42,089 nucleotides of DNA from Thermoplasmatota archaeon (GTDB lineage Archaea; Thermoplasmatota; Penumbrarchaeia; Penumbrarchaeales; Penumbrarchaeaceae). The DNA lies in contig JARVGK010000027.1 in the NCBI GenBank assembly GCA_029762535.1, positions 1-42,089 of the forward strand. The letters are read 5' to 3'. Made by a program: the position numbers and the translations under genes. Below are positions 8,910-18,200 of this stretch, piece by piece (within the stretch, counting starts at the first letter, position 1; each line of letters begins with the position of its first letter). The notes beneath the pieces are model-generated. The model was not told the DNA's origin. It saw only the letters and a list, made by a program, of their open reading frames with translations, and did no database searches.

Positions 8910-10514
8910 TCAGCGTTTGAGGAAGATCTTGAAACTGCTTCCAAGGGAATGATTGCCCTTCACGCGGTCCTCGACCCATATCTCTCCGCCATATTTCTCC
9001 ACAACTCCTTTGACTATCGAGAGCCCCAGTCCGGAACCGGGAAGGTTGCCATCCTGCCTTTTCGACCTTATGAACACGTTCTCCTTCATTATATCCGGGA
9101 TCCCTGAACCGTTGTCGGAAAGGGTCATGATATAACCATCTATCCCCCGGATGCTGTGCTCCTTAAGATCGAAGAACAGGTCCACTTCAGGGTTCGGGTT
9201 GTGTATTATGGCGTTATTTATCAGATGCTTCATCATATCCGTGAGCAGCGCACCCGCATTGATCTCCGCCCTTCCTTTGATACCTGTCCTCTTAACGTTT
9301 ATCGCCTTGTCAGGATGCTCGGCCCTAAGGGAACCCAGGACGTTATCGAAGAGAGAGACGAGATCGAACCTCAAAAGCTCCTGTGAGTCCATATCGATAT
9401 AGGAGAGGGTCCGGACCTTGCTTATGAGGGAGCTGGCCCTCTTAACGGCCTCCGAGCAGTATTTCAGGTATGACATCGATCTTTCCGTCAGATCCGGTCT
9501 CATCAGCATGAGCTCCAGGAATCCAGAGGATACGGTATTGATGTTCGAGATGTCGTGAAGAAGTATGTCCAGATAGAGCTCGGTGTTCTCCTTTGCTCTT
9601 CTCAATGACTCCTCCATCTCCTTTTTCCTGGTTATGTCCCTACGTATGCCGTGGATCCCCTTCAGGGACCCGTCGGGATGGAAGATCGGAACTATCGAGA
9701 CCTCGAATATCTTGACCATGTCATCGATCGTACGGCTTTCCACGTCCTCCATGAATCCCTTTCGGACCGCCTTTCGGAGGAATCTCTCGATCGATCCCTC
9801 CTGGAATCCATCCTTGAGCGGCCTCCCGGCGAGGTCCGATACTCCGATCTGTTTCTCGAAGCTGGGGTTCAACAGTGTGAATCTCGCTTCCTGAAGGAAA
9901 TTCGCCACCAGCTTCGTGACGTTCTCCTCATATGGTATGGGTTTTTTTGATAATGCCTCGAATATACCCTCCTCCGTTCCCTCGAGAATATCCTTGATCT
10001 TCTGCCTTTCTGAGGCTATCTCCTGATAGAGGAAGGAGTTGACTATCGCAGGTGAAAGGTGGGATCCGACCGAGTCGAGGAGGGACAGGTCCTCATCGCT
10101 GAACGCCCCGGGTTCCGTGTTGATAAGTGCTATGATCCCCACCACCTCGTCTTTGGAGGTCACCGGAGCGGCCATGGCGGACCTGTATTGGATCATCCTT
10201 ACGACGTCCTTGGTGGACCGGTCATCGGACCTTGAATCGACTACGAGGAGCGCTTTACCGCTCTGGGCCACTTTGCCGGTAACGTGTGAACCCATCTCTA
10301 TGACCCGGAACCTCTTCATATATGAGGGATCGATGCCTTTGGTCGCTTTTACGATTATTCGGTCGGTATCCCGGTCCTTGAAGTATATTGCACCCCCGTC
10401 CGCTCCGAAACCGTCAATGAGAATGTCCAGAACACTTGGGAGCAGGACCTCAGGCTCTATGTGGTTGGTGACCGCTTCCGATAGTTCGGTTCGGAGCGTG
10501 ATCTCCTTGACCAT
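8910..10514 (-). CDS. GAF + PAS-like sensor histidine kinase (archaeal type)
   Basis: GAF; H-box LDILLHDISNIN; LINNAIIH; SDNGSGIPD; GSGLGLSIV..YGGEIWVED. Confidence 0.92.
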   Translation of the reverse strand: MVKEITLRTELSEAVTNHIEPEVLLPSVLDILIDGFGADGGAIYFKDRDTDRIIVKATKGIDPSYMKRFRVIEMGSHVTGKVAQSGKALLVVDSRSDDRSTKDVVRMIQYRSAMAAPVTSKDEVVGIIALINTEPGAFSDEDLSLLDSVGSHLSPAIVNSFLYQEIASERQKIKDILEGTEEGIFEALSKKPIPYEENVTKLVANFLQEARFTLLNPSFEKQIGVSDLAGRPLKDGFQEGSIERFLRKAVRKGFMEDVESRTIDDMVKIFEVSIVPIFHPDGSLKGIHGIRRDITRKKEMEESLRRAKENTELYLDILLHDISNINTVSSGFLELMLMRPDLTERSMSYLKYCSEAVKRASSLISKVRTLSYIDMDSQELLRFDLVSLFDNVLGSLRAEHPDKAINVKRTGIKGRAEINAGALLTDMMKHLINNAIIHNPNPEVDLFFDLKEHSIRGIDGYIMTLSDNGSGIPDIMKENVFIRSKRQDGNLPGSGLGLSIVKGVVEKYGGEIWVEDRVKGNHSLGSSFKIFLKR

Positions 10515-10698
10515 CCTGTTGTTCTGAGACCTTTTCTGTTTTTCGACCAGAATATCACTCCCGAGGTTGGCCGGCCTTTTGCCCCGTTCATAGGCATCTT
10601 CATGTACATATTTAGTTTATTCGACCAAGCGGCGTATCGATGAGATCCGGACACATATGACCACAAAGGTTTTTTTAATCCTCCTCATATCATACCCC

Positions 10699-12741
10699 AT
10701 GCAAGCCAAGACCCGCATGGATAGGGAACGCCTCAAGAAGATATCCATAGCAGCCGTGATCGTGCTCCTTTTGGGTTCCGTTCTTCTCGCTTTCCTTCTG
10801 TGGCCTTCGAAGGAGGCGCCCATCCATTACGAACCGACAGTGGACCTCCCTCTGGATTACGTGATACTCGTTGACGAGCCCAGCGACGAGTACGGAATGC
10901 AGTTCACGGCCATGTTATCCTCGCTTGCGGTGACCAAGACCGGCAGCTACAACCCGATGTTCATACTGACATCCGAAGGAATGCTGGACGATCACCAGAT
11001 GCACACGATGGAGCAGCTGGGATTGGACCAAGGCAGTATCCTTCTCTTCACCGCGGATCCTGAGAACCCCCCGCCGGTATTGGAGCAGGTCAGCGTTGCG
11101 GGGACCTATTGCATGAGCCCGTATTCGCTTTCACGTTTCAAGGGTTTCGACAATATGATGAGCGTCGCATCGTTCGAAGAGGCGCTCTGGGCCGCTCCCA
11201 TCGCCAAGAGGCTCAATCTAGTCATGGTGAAAGGGGACCCGACATATGATGAACAGTCACAGGCCTGGGAGGAGATGAGAAGGATCGGCATACCGTTCAA
11301 TTATGTCATGATCGTGAATCCTCTCGATCACAATACAACTGCGATGCACTCCCTCCAGGGATATTTCGAGGAGGATGACGCGTTCCACATCGAGAAACTG
11401 TCCGCGGTCGCAGGGGAGGTGGCAGCTTACAGGGACGCTTACGTGCTGACCGAGTACACACCCTCAACAGAGGACATCGGCGTCATGGACCCCGAGCTCA
11501 ATCAGAGGGCGATCGGGTATTATCTTGCCCTGAAGGAAGCTGTCTCCGAATACGGGTTGCCAGAATACGTGACCCTGGTAGGTTCCGCATCCGCAGTTCC
11601 GCAGTTCCAGCTTCCGGACCAGACCAATGCGGACCCCAACAATGTAGAGGGCGACCAACTCGTTAGCTCGGACGTGATGTACGGTTTCCTGGGGGACGAC
11701 CTCTATTATATGGACACAGCGGTCGGCAGGCTCGTGAATCTCAACGTACAGGCCATGTCCAATCAGATGGTCAGGACCTACCTCTATGACAGGTTCCCCT
11801 CGACCATCACGGTGGATTTCTCGACGGGACCCAGAGATGTTGAGTGGAGCAAGCACGGCACGTCCTTCTCCGGATACGAGATCACTTACAAGAGGGGTCA
11901 GGTCACCCCCGCCAGGTTCTGGTGCAGGGACGCCGATGACGAGGGTATGACCTACGACTACTTCGGCCCGACGGGCCTGGGCAGGGATATCATGATAGGC
12001 GACGGGGTCGAGCCCTCGATCCCCGCCGACATGAACCCGGCTCTCGAATCCTCAGGATACATCGCTTACAGGGGCCATGGTTCAGAATATGCCTCGCTCT
12101 ACAACATCCCTTATGTCATAAACAGGAACGAGAACGGCGTGCTGCGCGCCGAGGAGGTCAGGGACATGTTCCTGCCTCCTCAGATAGGTTTCTTCGTGGC
12201 CTGCATGAACACCAAGATCCACGGCGCGGGGTGGTGGAAGCCCGCCGAGCCGATAGACATCACCCGCGCCTTCGCTCTGAACTACCTTCACGGAGGGGCC
12301 ATAGTCACCGGCGGTGCAACTGAGGTCAGCTTCTCCAACATCGGTCAGGACCTCACATCCGGCACGGAGGAATGGCTTCCGGGTGTGATAAACCCCAGAT
12401 GGAGCGATGATAACTACGAATGGGACCTCAACGACGCCTGGTTCGCCTTCTTCTGGGACGGGGTACTTAACGTCGAGGAGAGGTACGGGTCGGTGGGCCA
12501 TGCGCTGAGATGGGCCGAGAACCGCTACATGAACAACCCCATTCACAGCAAAAGGGTCAGTCCCTTCATCCAGGACCTGGACGATCCCGAATGGCAGGGT
12601 GGATTGCTGGGAGCCCACTGGAAGGAAGTGGCGATGTTCAATATCTACGGGGACCCCGCCTTTACCCCTTCCTCGACCAAGCCGGGCGCGAACAGCTACA
12701 GGCCCTGGGTCAACGGGCCGAACGATACAGGAGAGGTCTAG
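10699..12741 (+). CDS. Membrane-anchored C25-family (gingipain-like) cysteine peptidase
   Basis: N-terminal TM; YVTLVGS..VP, SSDVMYG, AVGRL, YRGHG (His), FVACMN (Cys), C-terminal FNIYGDP; start could be 10699 or 10717. Confidence 0.78.
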   Translation: MQAKTRMDRERLKKISIAAVIVLLLGSVLLAFLLWPSKEAPIHYEPTVDLPLDYVILVDEPSDEYGMQFTAMLSSLAVTKTGSYNPMFILTSEGMLDDHQMHTMEQLGLDQGSILLFTADPENPPPVLEQVSVAGTYCMSPYSLSRFKGFDNMMSVASFEEALWAAPIAKRLNLVMVKGDPTYDEQSQAWEEMRRIGIPFNYVMIVNPLDHNTTAMHSLQGYFEEDDAFHIEKLSAVAGEVAAYRDAYVLTEYTPSTEDIGVMDPELNQRAIGYYLALKEAVSEYGLPEYVTLVGSASAVPQFQLPDQTNADPNNVEGDQLVSSDVMYGFLGDDLYYMDTAVGRLVNLNVQAMSNQMVRTYLYDRFPSTITVDFSTGPRDVEWSKHGTSFSGYEITYKRGQVTPARFWCRDADDEGMTYDYFGPTGLGRDIMIGDGVEPSIPADMNPALESSGYIAYRGHGSEYASLYNIPYVINRNENGVLRAEEVRDMFLPPQIGFFVACMNTKIHGAGWWKPAEPIDITRAFALNYLHGGAIVTGGATEVSFSNIGQDLTSGTEEWLPGVINPRWSDDNYEWDLNDAWFAFFWDGVLNVEERYGSVGHALRWAENRYMNNPIHSKRVSPFIQDLDDPEWQGGLLGAHWKEVAMFNIYGDPAFTPSSTKPGANSYRPWVNGPNDTGEV

Positions 12742-13124
12742 GCTTCCATCAGGGACAGATGCCCGTTCTCCCTCACCAGGATGACCGGGATCCCCTTCCT
12801 GGCGAGGATCGCCCTCATACCTCTGTCGTTCGTCATTACCATCCAATTCTTGTTGGACGCCAATCCGATTATCGAGGGATCCCCCTTTCCCCTTACATGC
12901 ACCGTCTCGTATTTGGCGGACAGGGCAAGCGCTGCCTTGGCCCTCCACTCGCCCTTGCCAGAGAGCTTTTCGAGTTCGGCCAGAACGCTGGAGGGGACCA
13001 CTGGTGTTGCCCAGGGTGCGACCCTGGCAAGCTCGAGATCGAGGTTGTATCCGAACTGGAACGGGGACATGAGAGCGTTGGAGTCCAGGATAACGTGGTC
13101 AAAGGCCCTCGAGGGCCGATTCAT
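12738..13124 (-). CDS. PIN-domain protein (archaeal Fcf1/Utp24-like)
   Basis: VILDSNALM, VPSSVLAELEKL, GDPSII, VMTNDRGM; ATGA overlap with the aIF2-gamma stop; conserved gene context. Confidence 0.85.
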   Translation of the reverse strand: MNRPSRAFDHVILDSNALMSPFQFGYNLDLELARVAPWATPVVPSSVLAELEKLSGKGEWRAKAALALSAKYETVHVRGKGDPSIIGLASNKNWMVMTNDRGMRAILARKGIPVILVRENGHLSLMEA

Positions 13125-14359
13125 TGTATTATCCCATACCCTATCAGCCTGAATTTGTTCCCTACTCTGCGGCTTATTGCAGCCCTCTGGTCCTTCTCCG
13201 CGCATATTGGCATCCTCAGGTTCATATCCGCCACGTCGTCATGGGCGGAGGTTACGATGCCGACGGTCGTGGCGGTTCCGACATTGAGCATGAGCACTTC
13301 GCTGGTCTTGATCCTATCCACCCTTGTGGATTCGTCCACTCCGACCAGGAAATCCATCAGATGTGTCTTGAGAAGCAGTTTCTCAACCACGGGAGGAAGC
13401 GTTCCGGGTTTGCCGAGCACGTTCCCAATAAGAGAATCGGATTTTGTGAGGAAAGGGTCCAGCGCTGTTCCTATCGCGGCCAGGCCGCCGGGGGTTATAC
13501 TGTCCCTTTTACATCCGCCTGACATCAGGGAGGTCGCCTTTGTGTAGATAGGGACGAACTCGTAGTTCGATGTCCCTTTCACCTCGACCTTGATCCCCGG
13601 CCTTATCTCTATCGGATCCCCCTCCCGGATCGTTCCCTGGACCAGGGTACCGCCGAGAACACCGCCTTTCAGCTCCATGAAGGGAGTTCCGGGCTTGTTC
13701 ACATCGAAGGACCTGGCGATATACATTCTGTTGGGCAGGTCGAGGTCTGTGTCTATGCTCGATATCCTATCCTCGATGGTCTGGATCAGCAGGTCCAGAT
13801 TGGCCTTGAAATGGGCCGATACAGGGATGACCGGCGCGTTCTCCGCCACGGTCCCCTTGACGAACTTCTCTATCTCCTTTCTGCTCTCCAGAGCCCTCTC
13901 CTTTGTGACGATATCTATCTTCGTCTGGACGATTATTATGTTCGTGATGCCGATGAAACCCAGGGCCATAAGATGCTCCCTGGTCTGAGGTTGGGGGCAT
14001 TTCTCGTTCGCTGCTATCAGAAGGAGAGCTCCGTTCATCAAAGCGGAGCCCGCAAGCATGGTGGCCATGAGCGTCTCGTGTCCAGGAGCATCCACGAAGG
14101 ATACCGCCCTTTTGAATTCCGCCGGATCCCCGCAGACAGGACAGGTCTCCTCCACGGAGTAGCATTCGGGCTCCGGGCATTTCGGGCATTTGTAGAATAC
14201 GGCATCCGCATAGCCCAGTTTAATTGTGATGCCTCTCTTGATCTCCTCGGAATGAGTGTCCGTCCAGACCCCGGACAGCGCCTCTGTCAGAGTGGTCTTC
14301 CCATGGTCCACGTGGCCGACGAGGCCGATGTTCACCTGGGGCTGGGCGGTCGATCTCAT
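13121..14359 (-). CDS. eif2g: Translation initiation factor 2 subunit gamma (aIF2-gamma)
   Basis: GHVDHGKTT, RGITIKLGY, CxxC zinc knuckle, DAPGHE, QTKID, ARSFDVNKPG, RLIGYG. Confidence 0.98.
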   Translation of the reverse strand: MRSTAQPQVNIGLVGHVDHGKTTLTEALSGVWTDTHSEEIKRGITIKLGYADAVFYKCPKCPEPECYSVEETCPVCGDPAEFKRAVSFVDAPGHETLMATMLAGSALMNGALLLIAANEKCPQPQTREHLMALGFIGITNIIIVQTKIDIVTKERALESRKEIEKFVKGTVAENAPVIPVSAHFKANLDLLIQTIEDRISSIDTDLDLPNRMYIARSFDVNKPGTPFMELKGGVLGGTLVQGTIREGDPIEIRPGIKVEVKGTSNYEFVPIYTKATSLMSGGCKRDSITPGGLAAIGTALDPFLTKSDSLIGNVLGKPGTLPPVVEKLLLKTHLMDFLVGVDESTRVDRIKTSEVLMLNVGTATTVGIVTSAHDDVADMNLRMPICAEKDQRAAISRRVGNKFRLIGYGIIQ

Positions 14360-14748
14360 TGGGTCTCCTCTTGTTTTAGCTGCTCTTCGATGGGGCGCGG
14401 TCCGAACGAGGTGACGGCGATGTTGATCTGGACTATATCTGCGGATATGGTGTTGCCCCGAACGAACTTACGTCGCCTCTCCCCGTCCTTGAGGGGATGG
14501 AATCCCGTGCCGCCGGAGAGGACTATCTTCTTCCGGGCCTGGCTGGGCAGGTCCCTCCTCATCGGGAAGCCGTCCTTGTCCGATCCCCCGGTTATCTTCA
14601 GCTTATAACCCGGTAGCGAGACGAAAAGGCCGTCGAACTCGTCGCCGATCCTCATCCCCAGCAGCCTGTTGGCGTGCTGCCCGCTGACCATCGTGTTATA
14701 GGTCTTTCCGTGCTTTGTGTCAGCGATCACCGCTTTGAACTCTACCAT
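14356..14748 (-). CDS. rps6e: 30S ribosomal protein S6e (eS6)
   Basis: ITGGSDKDGFPM, GERRRKFVRG; upstream GGAGG; adjacent to aIF2-gamma. Confidence 0.97.
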   Translation of the reverse strand: MVEFKAVIADTKHGKTYNTMVSGQHANRLLGMRIGDEFDGLFVSLPGYKLKITGGSDKDGFPMRRDLPSQARKKIVLSGGTGFHPLKDGERRRKFVRGNTISADIVQINIAVTSFGPRPIEEQLKQEETQ

Positions 14749-14773
14749 GGTCGAACCTCCACTTGGCGTGGTA

Positions 14774-15001
14774 TCAGATCTCGAGGAGCTCCTTGGCTAG
14801 CTGGCTCCTTACATCCTCATCGAGAGGGATCGTCACGGATTTCCTGTAGCTCTTAGTATCATCAGATTGGAAGAAACCCCTGGATATCGAGATGAACTCA
14901 GTTTCGTCCTTGCCGTTCACGGCCTTCTTTCTGGCCACCTCAATGAAGTTGTTCCTACCGAAGGGGATGTTCTTTGCCGTTATCGTTTCGAATTCTACCA
15001 T
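14774..15001 (-). CDS. Small hypothetical protein (75 aa), possible PC4/PUR-like nucleic-acid-binding fold
   Basis: ATG 15001 with GGAGG upstream; beta-rich FIEVARKK..FISISRGFF..KSVTIP followed by a helix; first gene of the eS6 operon. Confidence 0.65.
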   Translation of the reverse strand: MVEFETITAKNIPFGRNNFIEVARKKAVNGKDETEFISISRGFFQSDDTKSYRKSVTIPLDEDVRSQLAKELLEI

Positions 15002-15042
15002 ACTTGGCCCTCCGCCGAAGCAACGGGACAAATAGGTTGCCA

Positions 15043-15120
15043 TATATAACGTTTTGTTCCTTACCCATTAACCCCACGATGTACAGGTTCCATAGCATGT
15101 GAACAGGTAACGTTTATAAT
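15043..15120. promoter_or_regulatory. Divergent TATA-like boxes between the eS6 operon and the large surface protein gene
   Basis: TTATATA (minus, 15049-15043, with an A-rich BRE-like stretch upstream) and TTTATAAT (plus, 15113-15120). Confidence 0.4.
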
Positions 15121-15252
15121 CCCTTGTTACATCACCATTGACCCGAACTTATCGTGGATAGGGAGTCTGGTAATTGTCGAGAAATGAGAAAATGTAATTA
15201 CCAGAACCTCCCATATACACTGATAGGATTCGGAAGATCCCAGGTGGTCAGC

Positions 15253-18200
15253 ATGAAAAGTGACGCAGGTACTAGGAGCATGGCATTATTGATGCTGCTT
15301 ATGATGATATCTCTGCCGTTGTTCGCGCTCGTGAACGTGACGGGGACGATATCATATGAGATGAACAAGCAGCTGACGGCCACGAACTACGAGGAGAAGC
15401 TTCCCGAGATCCGTGCCACGGGCACAGGCGAGGATGCCAAGGTGTTCGTCATCTACGAGGACTACACGACCTTCAACATGCCAAGCATCAAGTTCAAGCG
15501 CTCATCGGACGGAGGGGAAACATTTCCAGATACCTACGACTTCATGCAGTCGCCCAACGACGGGGACAAGCAGTTATGGCCCAGCATGGACAACGAGGGC
15601 GATACGATCGTCGTGGTCTATCTCGACAACAGGTGGAGGACGATCCCCCTCCTTACGGCCGAGATGCTGGTGATGGCCTCGATCTCGAGCAATGGCGGCG
15701 ATTCGTGGACGACCTATAAAGTGACCCCGGAGACGCTTTCCGACTACCCGAGCACTACCATGAGGCAGCTGCATGTCGATATCGACACGAATGGTAACAT
15801 ATTCGTCGTATGGTCGGAGAAGGGGAGGATACGGTTATCATATTCGACAAATAGCGGATCCACCTGGAGCATACCTCAGGATGTGAAGGAGAACGTGGTA
15901 CCCCCCGACGGACAACCTCTCTACGATCAGTTCATGCCGAGCGTTGCCTCGAACGGTGATTATGTGGTGGTCTGCTGGGAGGCAAACCCTGATTGGAAGA
16001 CCTACGTTTATCACAGCAGGGCGTCTGTCCAATCCGGCGGTTCACTCGCTTTCTCAACACCTCAAATACTGCCCGATCTTGGAAAATACCCTTATTCGAG
16101 TTCATACAGGCCAATGATCAGGGATGGACCGGGCAAGTACTTCCATGTCCTATGGTGGGACTTCATCACAAGCCAAACGGCCAATGTCGGAGGGGATCCA
16201 TGGACGCGCGACAGGGCCTCGGTCCTGTATTCCAGGAGCACTGACAACGGAGCGACCTTCTCTATTGGCGGGAAGAAGGGGGCCATCGTCAACTCCTCCA
16301 CTCCTGACGGTTGGCACTCCGCCGGCAACCTGGCCATCGTGCCGAACGGCAACGTCGTGGTGACATGGGTCGATTACACACAGGGCAAGCCTGCCGTTTA
16401 CGCATCCACTTCTGTTGACGGAGTCAACTGGTCACCTCAGGATCGGGTCACCAACTTCCAGGCTTCCACAACCGTTTTCTTCGAGGATCCCAGGATCGCA
16501 TGCGACGATTCCGGGAACGTTCACCTGGCATGGATACAGAGAAGCCAGGGGTCGGCCTCGCAGGGCGACATATACTATTCCCGGAGCGTGATCCCCAACG
16601 ACCCCCCTGCATCGGTCGAGAATCTTCAGGTCTATCTTGACAACAACAACCCCGAGAGCAAGGCCTTCGCCTCCTGGGAATTAAACAGAGAACCCGATTT
16701 CAAGGAATACAGGATATACCTCGGGACAGAGCCGGGATTCATCCTGGGGACTCCAATATACAACACTTCGGTCCAGGACTACCAGCAGCATGAGATGAAG
16801 GCCCTTGCGGCCAATACCAACTATTACCTCAAGATAATGGTCGTGGATTCCGGTGATCTCTCCACCCTCTCCCCCGAAGTGCATTTCAAGACCTTTCCCA
16901 TCAACGAGCCTCCCAGGTTCACAAGGGAGATCCCGACAATATACATGGATGAGGATTCATCCTTCGAGGAAGCGATGAATTTCACCAAGTGGAGGCAGGA
17001 GGGATGGATCTGGGACGACGATTACAACGGTCATGTCGGGCTGCAGTTCGAGATCACGGCCCTTAGCCCCACGCCAAACGTCACCGCCCTCATCCGGGAG
17101 TACGGACTCAACGTCACATACCAGGTCCTCGATCTCTATACCAACAAGCAGAACTGGTTCGGGACCGAGAGGTTCCTACTCAAGGTCATGGACTCGGGGA
17201 AGGACGGTTCCTTCGGAACACCTGACGACAGGTTCTCCATCGCCAATCTTACCGTCAGGGTGAACTCGACCAACGACGTTCCGACGTGGGTGAACTTCGA
17301 GGACCTATCCTCCGGCAGGACCATACCGCTACTATCCAACCAGACGAAGTTGGACCTGCGCGAGACCGATGTTACCGCCATCGAAGGCCAGCTTTATCGC
17401 TTCGCGTTGAGGGGAGATGATGTGGACGGGGATTTCCTCGAGTTCACATGCAGCGATCCCCGAGTGTTGGTCGAGCCCGACAGGCTCGATCCCAGGCTCA
17501 AATCCACTTTCAGGTTCACTCCCATGAACGAAGATGTTCCCGAGGTCACCCTTTTCCTGACAATGTTCGACCGCCCCCTGGCCCAGAGGGACGGTACGGA
17601 GGGCAAGAGGAACCTCACCATGATCATCCCCATAATGAACGTGAACGATGCTCCGTTCTTCATATCGATAGACGAAAAACCCTTCGTGCCCGGAACCGTT
17701 GTAAGGTTCGAGATGCTCGAGGAGAGCACACTGGAGTTCAACGTAACCGGCGACGATCCCGATACAGGGGACGAACTTCGCCTCCTGTCCGATCTGGAGG
17801 ACAGGGTGGTGATCACCAGAACGAACGCAAGCGAGTGGAGCTGGAGGGCGAGGATCGACTCGACCAATGACGATCCAGTCCTGGGATACATAGCCTTCCA
17901 CCTGATACTTCAGGACAAGCAGAGATCGGACCTCGTCATGGCCAGGATCAACATAACCGTGATAAACACCCCAGATCCACCCGAATGGATGAGGCCGGCC
18001 TACGATTACTTCTTCGTGTACGATGAGAAGGACCGATTCGAGTTCGGGGGCGATATCAAACCCGGAGGGGGGGTCATACGGGCCGAATGGGGCGAGACGG
18101 TCAGGTTCGAGGCATACGCCTTCGATTCTGACTACGATGTCCTGAACTACACCTGGACCTTCACCAACAAGATCAACACCTCTCTTGTTTACGTGAAGTA

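Noticed and set aside
14735-15001. Identical MVEF starts of rps6e and the upstream small gene
   Set aside because: Similarity is limited to about 12 nt; likely chance or shared initiation context
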